Positions 1 to 9,946 of a stretch of 64,000 bases of DNA are shown piece after piece. The stretch spans positions 480,001-544,000 of the forward strand of contig CAVVMW010000012.1 in NCBI GenBank assembly GCA_963749495.1. The letters are read 5' to 3'. The notes under the pieces are model-generated. The model saw nothing but the letters and a program-made list of their open reading frames with translations, made no database searches and had not been told where the DNA came from. This DNA comes from an uncultured bacterium. Lineage in GTDB: Bacteria; Verrucomicrobiota; Verrucomicrobiia; Limisphaerales; UBA8199. Position numbers and translations under genes: made by a program. Every line of letters starts with the position of its first letter. Position 1 is the stretch's first letter.

Positions 1-351
1 CGTCAGCAGCAGCGGCAACTCCACATTCCGCGCCGCCGTCAACACCGGCAGCAAATTGTACAACTGGAACACGAACCCGACGTGCCGCGCGCGCCAGGAC
101 GCCAGCCGGAGTTCCGACAATTGGTCTGTGCGCTCGCCGGCCACGGTCACTGTCCCGCGCGTCGGCCGGTCCAGCCCGCCGATCAGGTTGAGCAGCGTGC
201 TCTTGCCTGAGCCCGATGGCCCCATCAGCGCCAGGAACTCCCCTGCCGGCACCTTGAGGTGCAAATCCCTCAAGACGTGAATCTCCTCCAGGCCGCGGCG
301 GAAGACCTTCTCCACACCATCCACGTCCACTAGCGTGCCGTTTGTGTTCAT
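1..351 (-). CDS. ABC transporter ATP-binding protein (LolD/MacB-like), running off the window start
   Basis: Manual translation from ATG at 351: MNTNGTLVDVDGVEKVFRRG...FLALMGPSGSGKSTLLNLIGGLDRPT (Walker A); downstream of the adaptor gene. Confidence 0.9.
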   Translation of the reverse strand, partial: MNTNGTLVDVDGVEKVFRRGLEEIHVLRDLHLKVPAGEFLALMGPSGSGKSTLLNLIGGLDRPTRGTVTVAGERTDQLSELRLASWRARHVGFVFQLYNLLPVLTAARNVELPLLLT

Positions 352-423
352 TTTGTGTGCGATATTTCTCGCCTGTCGGGGCGCTAAACGCAATTACAAA
401 TCAGGGCGGGGTTTCCAGCGATT

Positions 424-1641
424 TCACTTCCTCTCCCTCACCGCCGCGCCATCGGCCAGCGCGCCGGCAGGTTCCACCACGACCCTTTCGCCGGCGGACA
501 GCCCGGCACTAATGACGGCGTCATCGGAGCCCGAGCGGCCCACGCTCACGGCGCGGCGTTCGGCGCGGCCGTTCCGCACCACGAAGACCACGTCGCGTCC
601 GTCGAGTTGCCGCAGCGCGGCCTTGGGCACAACCACCGCCCTCCCTGTGGCCGGCCCGGCTCCGGCCGCCTCCCGAAATGCCACCTTCACGCTCATGTCC
701 GGCAGGATGCGCGGCTCCAGCTTGTCGAATCCGACCCGCACCTTCACGGTCGATTTCTGGCGGTCCGCGGTCGGGATGATGGCAATCACCTTGCACGGGA
801 TCTTCCAGTCCGGGTAGGCGTCCAGTGTGGCCTCGACGGGCTGGCCCGGCTCGACGCGGTTGATGTAACTCTCGCCGACATCGATTTCGATTTCGAGAGA
901 CTGCATATCGACGACGGTGCCGATGCCGGTGCGGGTGAACCCGCCGCCGGCGGAGATTGGGGAAATCATTTCCCCCGGCTGGGCGTTTTTCGAGGTGACA
1001 ATCCCGGGGAAGGGCGCCCGAATGGTCATATCATCCAGTTGTTGCCGCCACGTGGCTATGGTGCGCTCGGCCACGAGCACGTCGGCCTCCTGCTGTACCA
1101 GGTGGGCCTTGAGGGCCAGCGCGGACGCCTCGGCGTGGTCGTAATCGGCCTGGGTGGCTATCTTGGTCTTCAGCAAGGCGGACTGGCGCTCCAATTCCTG
1201 GTCGGCCTCGCGGATGCGGACGCGGGTTTCGGCCAGGGCGTTGGTGGCGGAGTCCAATTGCGCCTCGGCCAGGCGCAAGCTCGCCCGCACGTTCGTATCG
1301 TCCAAATGCGCCAGCACCTGGCCCTCCTGCACCTTCATCCCTTCCTCGATCAAGACCTCGGTGACCTTGCCCGTGACCTTCGACGAGACCGTGGCCGCCC
1401 GGCGCGCCGTCACGTAACCGGAGGCGTTGAGCACGATCCGCTCGGCGCCCGCCGCAGTCTCCGCCGCCGCCACCGTCCGCACCGCGATGACCCGAGACCG
1501 CATCAGCCCCCAGCCCCCCGCCGCGGCCAGGGCCATCACCGCCGCCGCACACGCCAGCCACAACCCCAATCGCGGCCCCGACCCCGGCGCCTCAGCGCGC
1601 TGGATCCGCAGATCTTCCAATTTGGGTCTCGGCTCATCCAT
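424..1641 (-). CDS. Efflux RND/MacA-like periplasmic adaptor subunit
   Basis: 405 aa; N-terminal TM, ASGYV...VSSKVTGKV lipoyl half-motif, coiled coil, IRAPFPGIV, C-terminal GLSAGERVV. Confidence 0.9.
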   Translation of the reverse strand: MDEPRPKLEDLRIQRAEAPGSGPRLGLWLACAAAVMALAAAGGWGLMRSRVIAVRTVAAAETAAGAERIVLNASGYVTARRAATVSSKVTGKVTEVLIEEGMKVQEGQVLAHLDDTNVRASLRLAEAQLDSATNALAETRVRIREADQELERQSALLKTKIATQADYDHAEASALALKAHLVQQEADVLVAERTIATWRQQLDDMTIRAPFPGIVTSKNAQPGEMISPISAGGGFTRTGIGTVVDMQSLEIEIDVGESYINRVEPGQPVEATLDAYPDWKIPCKVIAIIPTADRQKSTVKVRVGFDKLEPRILPDMSVKVAFREAAGAGPATGRAVVVPKAALRQLDGRDVVFVVRNGRAERRAVSVGRSGSDDAVISAGLSAGERVVVEPAGALADGAAVRERK

Positions 1642-1717
1642 AAAAACGCGCCCACAAGAAAGCCCCTTTTCCCGCCCAGGTCAATCGCTCAGTAGCCCGA
1701 AGGGGTTATGCCGCGCG

Positions 1718-1915
1718 TGAGTCGCGTAGCGACGCAGTGACGGTAGCCGTGGACCTCGGTCCACGGTTCGGGCCGTGGGAATGGTTGCGCGTCGCGTAGC
1801 GACGCCTGACAGCGTTGCGGTTTTCAGGCGTCGCTACGCGACGCGGTCGAGCTTGGGCCATGGGTGTCCGTGGACTGGAAGTCCACGGCTACCATCGGGC
1901 ACCGCTACGCGGTGA
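1718..1915. repeat. GTAG-type REP doublet (REPIN-like) with internal GTCGCGTAGCGAC palindromes
   Basis: GGTAGCCGTGGACCTCGGTCCACGG ... CCGTGGACTGGAAGTCCACGGCTACC in inverted orientation; same architecture at 62971-63186. Confidence 0.8.
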
Positions 1916-1935
1916 GCCGAACGCCGAGTCATTTG

Positions 1936-2772
1936 TCATTCCCCACTCCGCACTGCGCATTCCGCACTTGATCGACGCGCCGGGCAGCGCAGGATGGTCT
2001 TGAGCCGCTCGGCCGGGACCCGGCGCGGGTCGGACAGGTAGATCTCGTGGTGGCGCCCATGGAATTCGAGTTGGCGGCTGGCTGCAAACTCCTTCATGAC
2101 CGCGATCGTGGCGCATTCCCGGTCATAAACGCAGGCATCGTAGCGGATTCGCTCCGGGGGCGTCACCTCGGGGTCGTCGTGGCAAATCCCGATGAACTGA
2201 GTGTCGCCGCCCAACAGACCCTCCTTGCCCAGTGCCGGCAGAAAGCGGTTCCAGGTCTTGCCCACGTCCGAATAGGGCCCGACGTGGCGCATGAACGCCC
2301 CCCGCGCGGGCCCACGATGCACGATTTTGACTTCCATTTTCTTGCCTCCAGGTTGAAGGGTCTTGAAGTGACTGACGTTGCCGCCGTCGCGGTAGTGCAG
2401 GCCCGAGGGCGCGGCGGTCTCCAGGGGGCGCCGGCGCGAGGCGCGGAACTGCGAGGGCGAAACTCCGAACACCGAGCGGAACGAGCGGGTAAATGCCTCG
2501 TGGCTCTCATAACCGGCGTCCAGGGCGATGCTCAGGACGGATTGCGGCCCCAGCTTGAGTTGGCCCGCCGCACGCTCCAGCCGGAGCCGGCGCACGTGCT
2601 CCTTGACCGATTCGCCCACCATCCCTTTGAAAATCCGGTGGAAGTGGAAGGGCGAGAAACAGGCCAGCCCGGCCAGTTCTTCGAGCGCCAGCGACTCATC
2701 CAGATGCCCCTGGATGTGCACCAGCACCCGCAGCAGCCGCCGCTTGTAGTCGTTTAATGTGACCGTTCTCAT
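1936..2772 (-). CDS. AraC-family regulator with GyrI-like domain; C-terminus appears chimeric
   Basis: LAGLACFSPFHFHRIF and GYESHEAFTRSF HTH motifs; HDDPEVTPPERIRYDAC; tail HHEIYLSDPRR resembles a different GyrI-like family. Confidence 0.8.
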   Translation of the reverse strand: MRTVTLNDYKRRLLRVLVHIQGHLDESLALEELAGLACFSPFHFHRIFKGMVGESVKEHVRRLRLERAAGQLKLGPQSVLSIALDAGYESHEAFTRSFRSVFGVSPSQFRASRRRPLETAAPSGLHYRDGGNVSHFKTLQPGGKKMEVKIVHRGPARGAFMRHVGPYSDVGKTWNRFLPALGKEGLLGGDTQFIGICHDDPEVTPPERIRYDACVYDRECATIAVMKEFAASRQLEFHGRHHEIYLSDPRRVPAERLKTILRCPARRSSAECAVRSGE

Positions 2773-2874
2773 CGCTCGCTTCCCGAGTCTGCGCCCTGTT
2801 CATAACAGAATCCCGCGCTGGATGCTTGATTGTTCTTGCGGATTTGCACGATGGGACCGGCGGTGCGTGCTCTG

Positions 2875-3101
2875 GACGCCAAAGGCGTCGTTCATACCAG
2901 CCCAGGGCAACGCCCTGGGAACAGCCGCCAATAATCATCCGGAGCGCTGTAAGCGCGATTCATCCTCCAGGAGCGTTATGAAGCAGGCCCTTGGCCTGCA
3001 ACAGAAGAGAGAATGTGCGGTGGACCCAGGGCGGCGGCCCGCCTGGGCTGCGCTCCGGCGGGCCTTGCCCTGGGCTGGTATGAACCAGGCCTTCGGCCTG
3101 A
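2875..3101. repeat. Composite inverted-repeat (REP-like) element
   Basis: GTTCATACCAGCCCAGGGCAA (2890) pairs with TTGCCCTGGGCTGGTATGAAC (3065-3085); related to 42911-43242. Confidence 0.7.
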
Positions 3102-3290
3102 ACACCAGCCTGCCAACCCCCAGCCTGGCATCAGGGGGAGGACCAAGCGGTGTATATATGGGCCTGCTATACGAAAGCTCCCGAGATCCTCGCAAATCAC
3201 AGGGTTTGAAGCATTTCGTCATGCGCCCCCGTTTTGTCCCCGTCTGTCTTCCGTCTTGCAAATTGGGCCGGGTTTCTTCAATGTCAGGCT

Positions 3291-3779
3291 ATGCAATCGC
3301 ACGAAGTGTTGCGCGAAGTCTTCCAGCAATGCAGTCCCAAGCAAGTCTCCTCGGACCTGGGGCTTTCGCTGTCGATGATTTACAAATGGGCTGAGCCGCC
3401 CGACCCGGTCTCGGGCAGCGGCAGCACCAATCCGCTGGACCGCATCGAGGCGCTGTTGCGCTGCACCAAGGACCTGCGGTTGGTCCAGTGGGTATGCGAG
3501 CGGTCGGGGGGCTTTTTCGTCCTGAACCCCAAGATCACCCGGCCTCATCCTTCCTACTTGATTCCCGCGACAAACCAAATCGTCCAGGAATTCGCCGATT
3601 TGCTCGCGGTCATCGCCGCCGCCGCCGCCGACAACCAGATCACGCAGAAAGAATCCGAGGATATCCGCGCCCGCTGGGAGGAACTCAAGCGGGTCACGGA
3701 GACCTTCGTGGCGTGCTGCGAGGAGGGCAATTTCAGGCCACTCAAGGACAAGCCGCCCGGGTTGGGCCAGCCCAAGTGA
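3291..3779 (+). CDS. Phage regulatory CII-family-like HTH protein
   Basis: MQSHEVLREV..KQVSSDLGLSLSMIYKWAE HTH; NPLDRIEAL; DNQITQKESEDIRARWE tail. Confidence 0.65.
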   Translation: MQSHEVLREVFQQCSPKQVSSDLGLSLSMIYKWAEPPDPVSGSGSTNPLDRIEALLRCTKDLRLVQWVCERSGGFFVLNPKITRPHPSYLIPATNQIVQEFADLLAVIAAAAADNQITQKESEDIRARWEELKRVTETFVACCEEGNFRPLKDKPPGLGQPK

Positions 3780-3790
3780 CAACGGCCGCA

Positions 3791-5539
3791 ATGTCCGACC
3801 CGTCCGACCGGTCCGACCCGTCCGACGCGGGACTTGAGCCGGGCCGAGTGAGCTTCATCACGTTCTGCAAGAGGCACTCCCGGCGATGCCTCGGACTTGC
3901 GGCCGGACTGAGCTTGTTGGCGTCGGCGCTGTACGCCCGGGGAGGCGAAGTCATCGAGGCGGACCTCTGCATTTATGGCGGCACGGCGGGCGGGGTGGCG
4001 GCGGCAGTGCAGTCGGCGCGCATGGGCAAGCGGGCGGTCATCGCCGAGCCCGGCTTTCACCTCGGGGGCATGACCTCAGGCGGCTTGGGTGCGACGGACA
4101 TCGGCAACAAGGCGGCCATCGGGGGCATCGCGCGCGAGTTCTACAATGAAGTCGCCCGGCATTATGCGAGCGACGGGGCCTGGCAGTTCGAGCGGCGGGA
4201 GGACTACTTCCGGCAGCGGGGCGGGCCGACGGCCCTGGCGGACCTGACTTCGCCGGAGGCCACGATGTGGACCTTCGAGCCCCACGTGGCGGAGGACATT
4301 TTCTTCCGCATGATCAATGAGGCGAAGGTGGCGGTCTATTTCCAGCAGCGCCTGGCCGCGGTGAGCCGGAGCGGGCGCCGCCTGGCCCAACTGATCATGG
4401 AGGACGGGAAGGTCTATCGGGCGCGGATGTTCCTCGACGCCACTTATGAAGGGGACCTCATGAAGATGGCGGGCGTCAGTTATACCGTGGGCCGCGAGGC
4501 CAACGCGCAGTACGGGGAGACGCTCGATGGCGTGCGGCCGGAGACCCCAAAACATCAATTCAGTGTGGCCGTCGATCCCTACCTGCGGCCCGGGGATTCG
4601 GCCAGCGGCCTGCTGCCGTGGGTGCAGGCCGGGGACGACCGGCGGCCCGGAGAGGGGGACCGGTGCGTGCAGGCCTACAACTACCGGCTCTGCTACACCC
4701 AAATCCCGGCCAACCGCCTGCCTCACCGCCCGCCGCCCCAATACGACCCGGCGCGCTATGAATTGCTGGCCCGCTACCTGGAGGCCCTCGTCGCGGCCGG
4801 GCGCAACCCGCGCCTGAGCGAGTTCTGGAATCCTATCTGGATGCCCAATGGAAAGACCGACATCAACAATAACGGCGGTTTCTCCACGGACTGCATCGGC
4901 GCCAACTACGATTACCCGGAGGCAGGCTGCGCGCAGCGCGAGGGGATCTGCCGGGCACACGAGGATTACATCCGGGGCTTCGTCTATTTCCTGGCGACCA
5001 GCCCGCGCGTGCCCGAGGCCATGCGCGCCGAGATGCGGACCTGGGGGCCGGCCGCGGACGAGTTCCCCGACACCGGCGGATGGCCGCATCAACTCTATGT
5101 GCGCGAGGCGCGGCGGATGGTCTCCGATTACGTGATGAGCGAGCACAACTGCCGCGGGCAGGCCCAGGCAGCCCAGCCCGTGGGGCTGGCAGCCTACACG
5201 ATGGACTCGCACAATTGCCGGCGCCTCGCCAAACAGGGCCGCGCCGAAAACGAGGGCGACGTGCAGGTGGGCGGATTTCCACCCTACCCGATCGACTACC
5301 GGTCGATTGTGCCCCGGGCCGGCGAGTGCGAAAACCTCCTGGTGCCGGTCTGCCTGTCCGCAACCCACATCGCCTACGGCTCGATCCGGATGGAGCCGGT
5401 TTTCATGATCCTGGGCCAATCGGCCGCCACCGCCGCGTCGCTGGCCCTCGAGCAAAACCAGGCCGTGCAAGCGGTGGATTACGCGCGGCTGCGCGCCCGT
5501 CTGCTGGCGGACAAGCAGATCCTCCAGTGGGGGCGGTGA
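3791..5539 (+). CDS. FAD-dependent oxidoreductase (FAD_oxidored family), probably exported
   Basis: DLCIYGGTAGGVAAAV Rossmann motif; HLGGMTSGGLG; DATYEGDL; YVREARRM; SIRMEPVFM. Confidence 0.85.
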   Translation: MSDPSDRSDPSDAGLEPGRVSFITFCKRHSRRCLGLAAGLSLLASALYARGGEVIEADLCIYGGTAGGVAAAVQSARMGKRAVIAEPGFHLGGMTSGGLGATDIGNKAAIGGIAREFYNEVARHYASDGAWQFERREDYFRQRGGPTALADLTSPEATMWTFEPHVAEDIFFRMINEAKVAVYFQQRLAAVSRSGRRLAQLIMEDGKVYRARMFLDATYEGDLMKMAGVSYTVGREANAQYGETLDGVRPETPKHQFSVAVDPYLRPGDSASGLLPWVQAGDDRRPGEGDRCVQAYNYRLCYTQIPANRLPHRPPPQYDPARYELLARYLEALVAAGRNPRLSEFWNPIWMPNGKTDINNNGGFSTDCIGANYDYPEAGCAQREGICRAHEDYIRGFVYFLATSPRVPEAMRAEMRTWGPAADEFPDTGGWPHQLYVREARRMVSDYVMSEHNCRGQAQAAQPVGLAAYTMDSHNCRRLAKQGRAENEGDVQVGGFPPYPIDYRSIVPRAGECENLLVPVCLSATHIAYGSIRMEPVFMILGQSAATAASLALEQNQAVQAVDYARLRARLLADKQILQWGR

Positions 5540-5649
5540 TGCTGAACCCGGCACCGGAAATGGCCCCCAAGGTGGCACCGCCTGATGTGCTGGCCAGACT
5601 GTTCCTTGTGCATCCTTGCCAATCCAGCCGGATCGGATAGTTTGCTGCC

Positions 5650-5964
5650 ATGACGTTTCCACTGACGGCATACATTGAGGCGGCAATGGAGTTGGCACAC
5701 TACGATAAACTGGACGATGGCGGCTTCGCGGGCGAGATTCCGAAATTGCCTGGCGTGCTCGCTTTTGGCAAGACGCTCAACCAATGCCAGCAGGAATTGC
5801 GCTCTACCGTCGAGGACTGGATTCTCGTTGGCCTGCGCCTCGGGCATACCTTGCCTCGAATTGCCGGAATAGACCTCAATGGTCCAGGGATAGGGCATCT
5901 CACGCCAGCGGCTCGGTGCTCAGGCGGACGGTCAGGGTCGAGGTTTGGCCCGGGGGCAGCTTGA
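5650..5964 (+). CDS. hicB: HicB-family antitoxin-like protein (orphan)
   Basis: LTAYIEAAM..A.Y..LDDGGFAGEIPKLPGVLAFGKTLNQCQQELRSTVEDWILVGLRLGHTLP. Confidence 0.7.
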   Translation: MTFPLTAYIEAAMELAHYDKLDDGGFAGEIPKLPGVLAFGKTLNQCQQELRSTVEDWILVGLRLGHTLPRIAGIDLNGPGIGHLTPAARCSGGRSGSRFGPGAA

Positions 5965-6802
5965 TTTCGTTGGGGGCCACATTGCCGGATTCGACGCAGA
6001 CCATGCGTTCGTATTCCTGGTTGCCGAAATCGGGCATCTGCTGGGACTTGGCTATCCAGGGGTTCCACACCACGGTCGAGGCCGAGCCCTGCTTCTCCAC
6101 GAGGATCTTCCGCCCAAAACGGGCATCGTGGATTTCCACCGGGCCCGGGGCATTAGAAAAGGTGCGGTTGACCTCCGAGTCGATGCGGATGGGGTGGGCG
6201 GCCTGGGTCTTCCTGGCGAAGTTGTCGACGCGGTCGATGTAAGAGGCGCCCTCGAGTCCGTGGATGGAGATGGCGGTGCAGTCGCCGACTTCGAAATAGG
6301 AGTGCAGGCAATTTTCGAAGGTCAGGACCTCGTCCGGGGAGAGATTGGTAATGAGGAGTTGGAGAGTGAGGAAGTCCTTGACGGCAACGATGTAATCGGC
6401 GGAGAAGGGCGGGAGGGTGGAGGCCTCCGGGCAATCGGGCAGGCGGAAGCGGACACTGACGCTGCCATCGGCGGCGGGGACAAGCTCCTTGAGGTCCCAG
6501 GTCAGGAGGCGGGCAAAGCCGTGCTGGGGGAGGCCCTCGCGCGGGCCGAACCAGGGGAAGATGACGGGGATGCCGCCGCGGATGGGCTGGCCTTCGGTGA
6601 AGCGGCTGCACTGGCTCATGAAGAGCAGGGGCGGTTCGTCCTTTTTCTTGAACTGGGTGACATGGGCGCCGTGCAGGTAGAGCTCCGCCGTGCTCCAGGC
6701 GGTGGAGATTTCGAGCATGGGCAGCTCGTTCTGGCCGTCCAGAAAGGCGACGCGGCCGGCGGCCCGGTCCGGGGAATTGCTCTGTGTGTTGCTGGTTGTC
6801 AT
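5900..6802 (-). CDS. D-hexose-6-phosphate mutarotase (YeaD/aldose epimerase family)
   Basis: LHGAHV, IRGGIPVIFPWFG, HGFAR, LHSYF, VVWNPW, MVCVESGNV; real start likely MTTSNTQ at 6802. Confidence 0.9.
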   Translation of the reverse strand: MTTSNTQSNSPDRAAGRVAFLDGQNELPMLEISTAWSTAELYLHGAHVTQFKKKDEPPLLFMSQCSRFTEGQPIRGGIPVIFPWFGPREGLPQHGFARLLTWDLKELVPAADGSVSVRFRLPDCPEASTLPPFSADYIVAVKDFLTLQLLITNLSPDEVLTFENCLHSYFEVGDCTAISIHGLEGASYIDRVDNFARKTQAAHPIRIDSEVNRTFSNAPGPVEIHDARFGRKILVEKQGSASTVVWNPWIAKSQQMPDFGNQEYERMVCVESGNVAPNEIKLPPGQTSTLTVRLSTEPLA

Positions 6803-6904
6803 ATATTGCCTCTGCCGGCCCCCCTTATACCATGGACCCGGCGGCTTGGCACGCCTAATTTTTGGCTTTAATTCGACAGCGGCCGCGCTAAGGTCGCACG
6901 CGAT

Positions 6905-7945
6905 ATGGCAAAACAAAACCAATACAAATTCTCGTTCGGTCCCTGGAACATCAGCGAAGGCCAGGACCCCTACGGGCCCCCGACCCGCCCGGTGCAGGGC
7001 TTCGATTGGAAGCTCGATCAACTCAAGCAGCTCGGCTTCGACGCCATGATGTTTCATGACGACGACGCCGTGCCGGACCTCGACAACAAATCGGACGCCC
7101 AGGTTCGAGCGGGGGCCAAGGCCCTCAAGCAGAAGCTCGATGACGCGGGCGTGGCGGCGGAGATGGTCGCCCCGAGGCTCTGGTTCAGCCCCATGACCAT
7201 CGATGGCGCCTACACCAGCAACGACCCCAAGTGCCGCCACTACGCCATCGAGCGCTCGCTGCGCTGCATCGATATCGCCCACTGCCTGGGCACGGACCTG
7301 ATCGTCCTGTGGCTGGCGCGCGAAGGCACCTACCTGCGCGAATCCAAGAGCGGCCGCCGCAGCTTCGAGTTCCTGGTCCAGGCGCTGGACAAGATGCTCG
7401 CCCACGACAAGAAGATCCGCCTGGCCATCGAGCCCAAACCCAATGAACCCATGGACATCGCCTACGTGCCCACCATCGGCCACGCCCTGGCCCTCGCCCA
7501 GTTGACCTCCGACCCCAAACGCGTCGGCTGCCTCATCGAGTCGGCCCACGCCATGCTCGCCGGCCTGGACCCCGCCGACGAAATCGATTTCGCCATGGCC
7601 TTCGGCAAGCTCTGGTCGCTCCACCTCAACGACCAGAACGGGCTCAAGTTCGACCAGGACAAGCCCTTCGCCAGCTCCAATCTCCGCGTCGCCTTCAACC
7701 AGGTCCGCGCCCTCGAACGCAACGGCTACGGCAGCCAGGGCCAATTCGTCGCCTTCGACGTCCACCCCTTCCGCACCACCAAGGTCGAGCACTGGGTCGC
7801 CCATCTGGACAACAGCCGCCGGACCTTCCTCCGCCTCCTGGACAAGGCGCGCTCCTTTGACGAGAAGAAGGCCGCCCAATTGGTGGCCGACCGCGATTAT
7901 GCCGCCCTGGACATGATGGTGCTCGAACATTTGATGGGAGCGTAG
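6905..7945 (+). CDS. xylA: Xylose isomerase-family TIM-barrel protein
   Basis: FSFGPWN, GQDPYG, FHDDD, WLAREG, AIEPKPNEP, HLNDQNGLKFDQD. Confidence 0.85.
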   Translation: MAKQNQYKFSFGPWNISEGQDPYGPPTRPVQGFDWKLDQLKQLGFDAMMFHDDDAVPDLDNKSDAQVRAGAKALKQKLDDAGVAAEMVAPRLWFSPMTIDGAYTSNDPKCRHYAIERSLRCIDIAHCLGTDLIVLWLAREGTYLRESKSGRRSFEFLVQALDKMLAHDKKIRLAIEPKPNEPMDIAYVPTIGHALALAQLTSDPKRVGCLIESAHAMLAGLDPADEIDFAMAFGKLWSLHLNDQNGLKFDQDKPFASSNLRVAFNQVRALERNGYGSQGQFVAFDVHPFRTTKVEHWVAHLDNSRRTFLRLLDKARSFDEKKAAQLVADRDYAALDMMVLEHLMGA

Positions 7946-7957
7946 AGAAAGGCACCA

Positions 7958-9244
7958 ATGACACAGAACCTTGGTCGCGACACGCGTCTGGTGCTGGAGA
8001 TTTGTCCGAGAAACCTGCTTTCGTTTGGGCCGCAGACGGACGCACTGCCCCTCCAGAACCTGAACATCTTGATTGGCCCGAATGGATCTGGCAAGTCGAA
8101 CCTAATCGAGGCGCTTGTGCTGATGCGGGCGACAACGGTGTTGCCGCAAGCCACGGCCAACGCCGATGTCCGAGGCGTGGTGCGGCGGGGCGGCGGAGCC
8201 GGGGAGTGGATTTGGAAAGGCGCCAAAGCGGCACCTGCTTCGGTCGAACTGGTCGTCGCAAACCCAAGGGGTTCACGACCTTTGCGACACACGTTCGCCT
8301 TTCGCGCCGATGATCAGGGCTTCGCCCTCCACGATGAGCGGGTTGAGAACGAAAAGCCCGATTCCGGTCAGAGCAACCCGTACTTCTACTACCGTTTTCA
8401 GCACGGCCATCCGGTGATCAACACAGTTGTGCAGGAGGATTCGGACCAGACGCCCGCCCTGCATGAAGACTCTGCGAGCCGCCCAGCGGCCTCTGCGGGC
8501 GGGCGCAAAGAGAGGGAACTGGCGCGGGAAACCGTCAACCTTGAGGTTTCCATTCTCGCACAGCGGCGCGACCCTGAGCTTTACCCGGAGATTACGCATC
8601 TGGCCGACAGCTACGAGAGATGGCGGATTTACCGGGAGTGGGCCTTTGGCCGCAACACGATATTCCGCCAACCGCAGAGGGCGGACATGCGCAACGACCG
8701 CCTGGAGGAGGACTTTTCAAACCTGGGCATGGTCCTCAGCCGCCTGCGCAAGACGCCCAAGGTGAGGGGTGAGATCCTGGACGGCTTGCACGACCTCTAT
8801 GATGGGTTCACTGACTTCGATCTGTTTGTCGAAGGTGGCACAATCCAGTTGTTCTTCACCGAGGGGGATTTCTCCGTTCCCGCCACACGCCTCTCGGACG
8901 GCGCATTGCGGTATCTTTGCCTCCTGGCCATCCTCTGCGATCCAGACCCCCCGCCGCTGATCTGCATCGAGGAACCGGAACTCGGGCTGCACCCCGACGT
9001 GGTAGTCAAATTGGCTGACCTCCTCCTGGCGGCTTCCGAGCGCACCCAGCTTATCGTCACCACCCACTCGGATATGCTCGTGGATGCCATGTCGGAGCGC
9101 CCGGAGGCCGTGGTGGTGTGCGAGAAGAATGAGGGCCGCACGCAGATGAGCCGATTGAAGAAGGACGATCTGAAGGTGTGGCTGGACGAATACGGGCTGG
9201 GCCGGTTGTGGATCAAGGGAGAGATCGGGGGGACCCGGTGGTGA
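7958..9244 (+). CDS. AAA/ABC-like ATPase (AAA_21 type)
   Basis: GPNGSGKSN Walker A; LSDGALRYL signature; ICIEEPELGLHP; IVTTHS. Confidence 0.9.
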   Translation: MTQNLGRDTRLVLEICPRNLLSFGPQTDALPLQNLNILIGPNGSGKSNLIEALVLMRATTVLPQATANADVRGVVRRGGGAGEWIWKGAKAAPASVELVVANPRGSRPLRHTFAFRADDQGFALHDERVENEKPDSGQSNPYFYYRFQHGHPVINTVVQEDSDQTPALHEDSASRPAASAGGRKERELARETVNLEVSILAQRRDPELYPEITHLADSYERWRIYREWAFGRNTIFRQPQRADMRNDRLEEDFSNLGMVLSRLRKTPKVRGEILDGLHDLYDGFTDFDLFVEGGTIQLFFTEGDFSVPATRLSDGALRYLCLLAILCDPDPPPLICIEEPELGLHPDVVVKLADLLLAASERTQLIVTTHSDMLVDAMSERPEAVVVCEKNEGRTQMSRLKKDDLKVWLDEYGLGRLWIKGEIGGTRW

Positions 9245-9840
9245 CGGCCCGCATCTTTGTCGAAGGCGGGGCTAGAGAAGACAACCGCCTGGATGTTCTT
9301 TGTCGCCAGGGTTTTCGCGCGCTCCTCGAGCGATCCGGGTTCAAAGGGCGGCTGCCCAGAATCGTGGCCTGTGGAAGCAGGGCAAAGGTGTACGACAGCT
9401 TTGCGACCGCGCACTCCACGAAGCCAGGAACGTACGTGGCGCTATGGGTTGACAGCGAGGGGCCTCTGGCCAACCTGGAAGCAGCATGGGCACATCTCGA
9501 GGCCCGCGATCATTGGAACCAGCCGCCAGGAGCAAGAGACGACCAGGTACTCTTCATGACCACCTGCATGGAAACCTGGATCGTGGCGGACAGAGCCACC
9601 CTGGACGACCATTACGGCAGCAACCTTCAGCAGAATGCGCTCCCCCCTTTGGACAACCTGGAAAACCGCACTCGTCACGATATTCAGGAGAGGCTCGCTC
9701 ACGCCACACGCAACTGCACGAACGCTTATGAAAAGGGAAAGCGGGCCTTCATCATCCTGGGGCTTCTCAATCCGACAACTCTGGAGAAGCTTCTGCCGAG
9801 TTTCGCCAGAGCAAGGCGGATTCTCAACGCGAGGCTATGA
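9241..9840 (+). CDS. DUF4276-family (TOPRIM/RloB-like) protein
   Basis: GTG overlaps ATPase stop; IFVEGG, IVACGSR, LWVDSE, MTTCMETWIVAD, YEKG. Confidence 0.8.
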   Translation: MTARIFVEGGAREDNRLDVLCRQGFRALLERSGFKGRLPRIVACGSRAKVYDSFATAHSTKPGTYVALWVDSEGPLANLEAAWAHLEARDHWNQPPGARDDQVLFMTTCMETWIVADRATLDDHYGSNLQQNALPPLDNLENRTRHDIQERLAHATRNCTNAYEKGKRAFIILGLLNPTTLEKLLPSFARARRILNARL

Positions 9841-9946
9841 TCCGCGCCCACACCTGGGAAAACGGCGCGGGCTCTGACATACTTTTTACAACACTTTTGC
9901 GGGCTGTTGACAAGTGGCAGAGCAATGGCCCGCAAGCTTATCGAGA

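Noticed and set aside
3291..3779. Prophage indicated by the CII-like gene
   Set aside because: No integrase, structural or replication phage genes adjacent.
3793..3826. TCCGACCCG nonamer repeat as a separate element
   Set aside because: Only about 3.5 copies at a gene start (SDPSDRSDPSD); too short to interpret.
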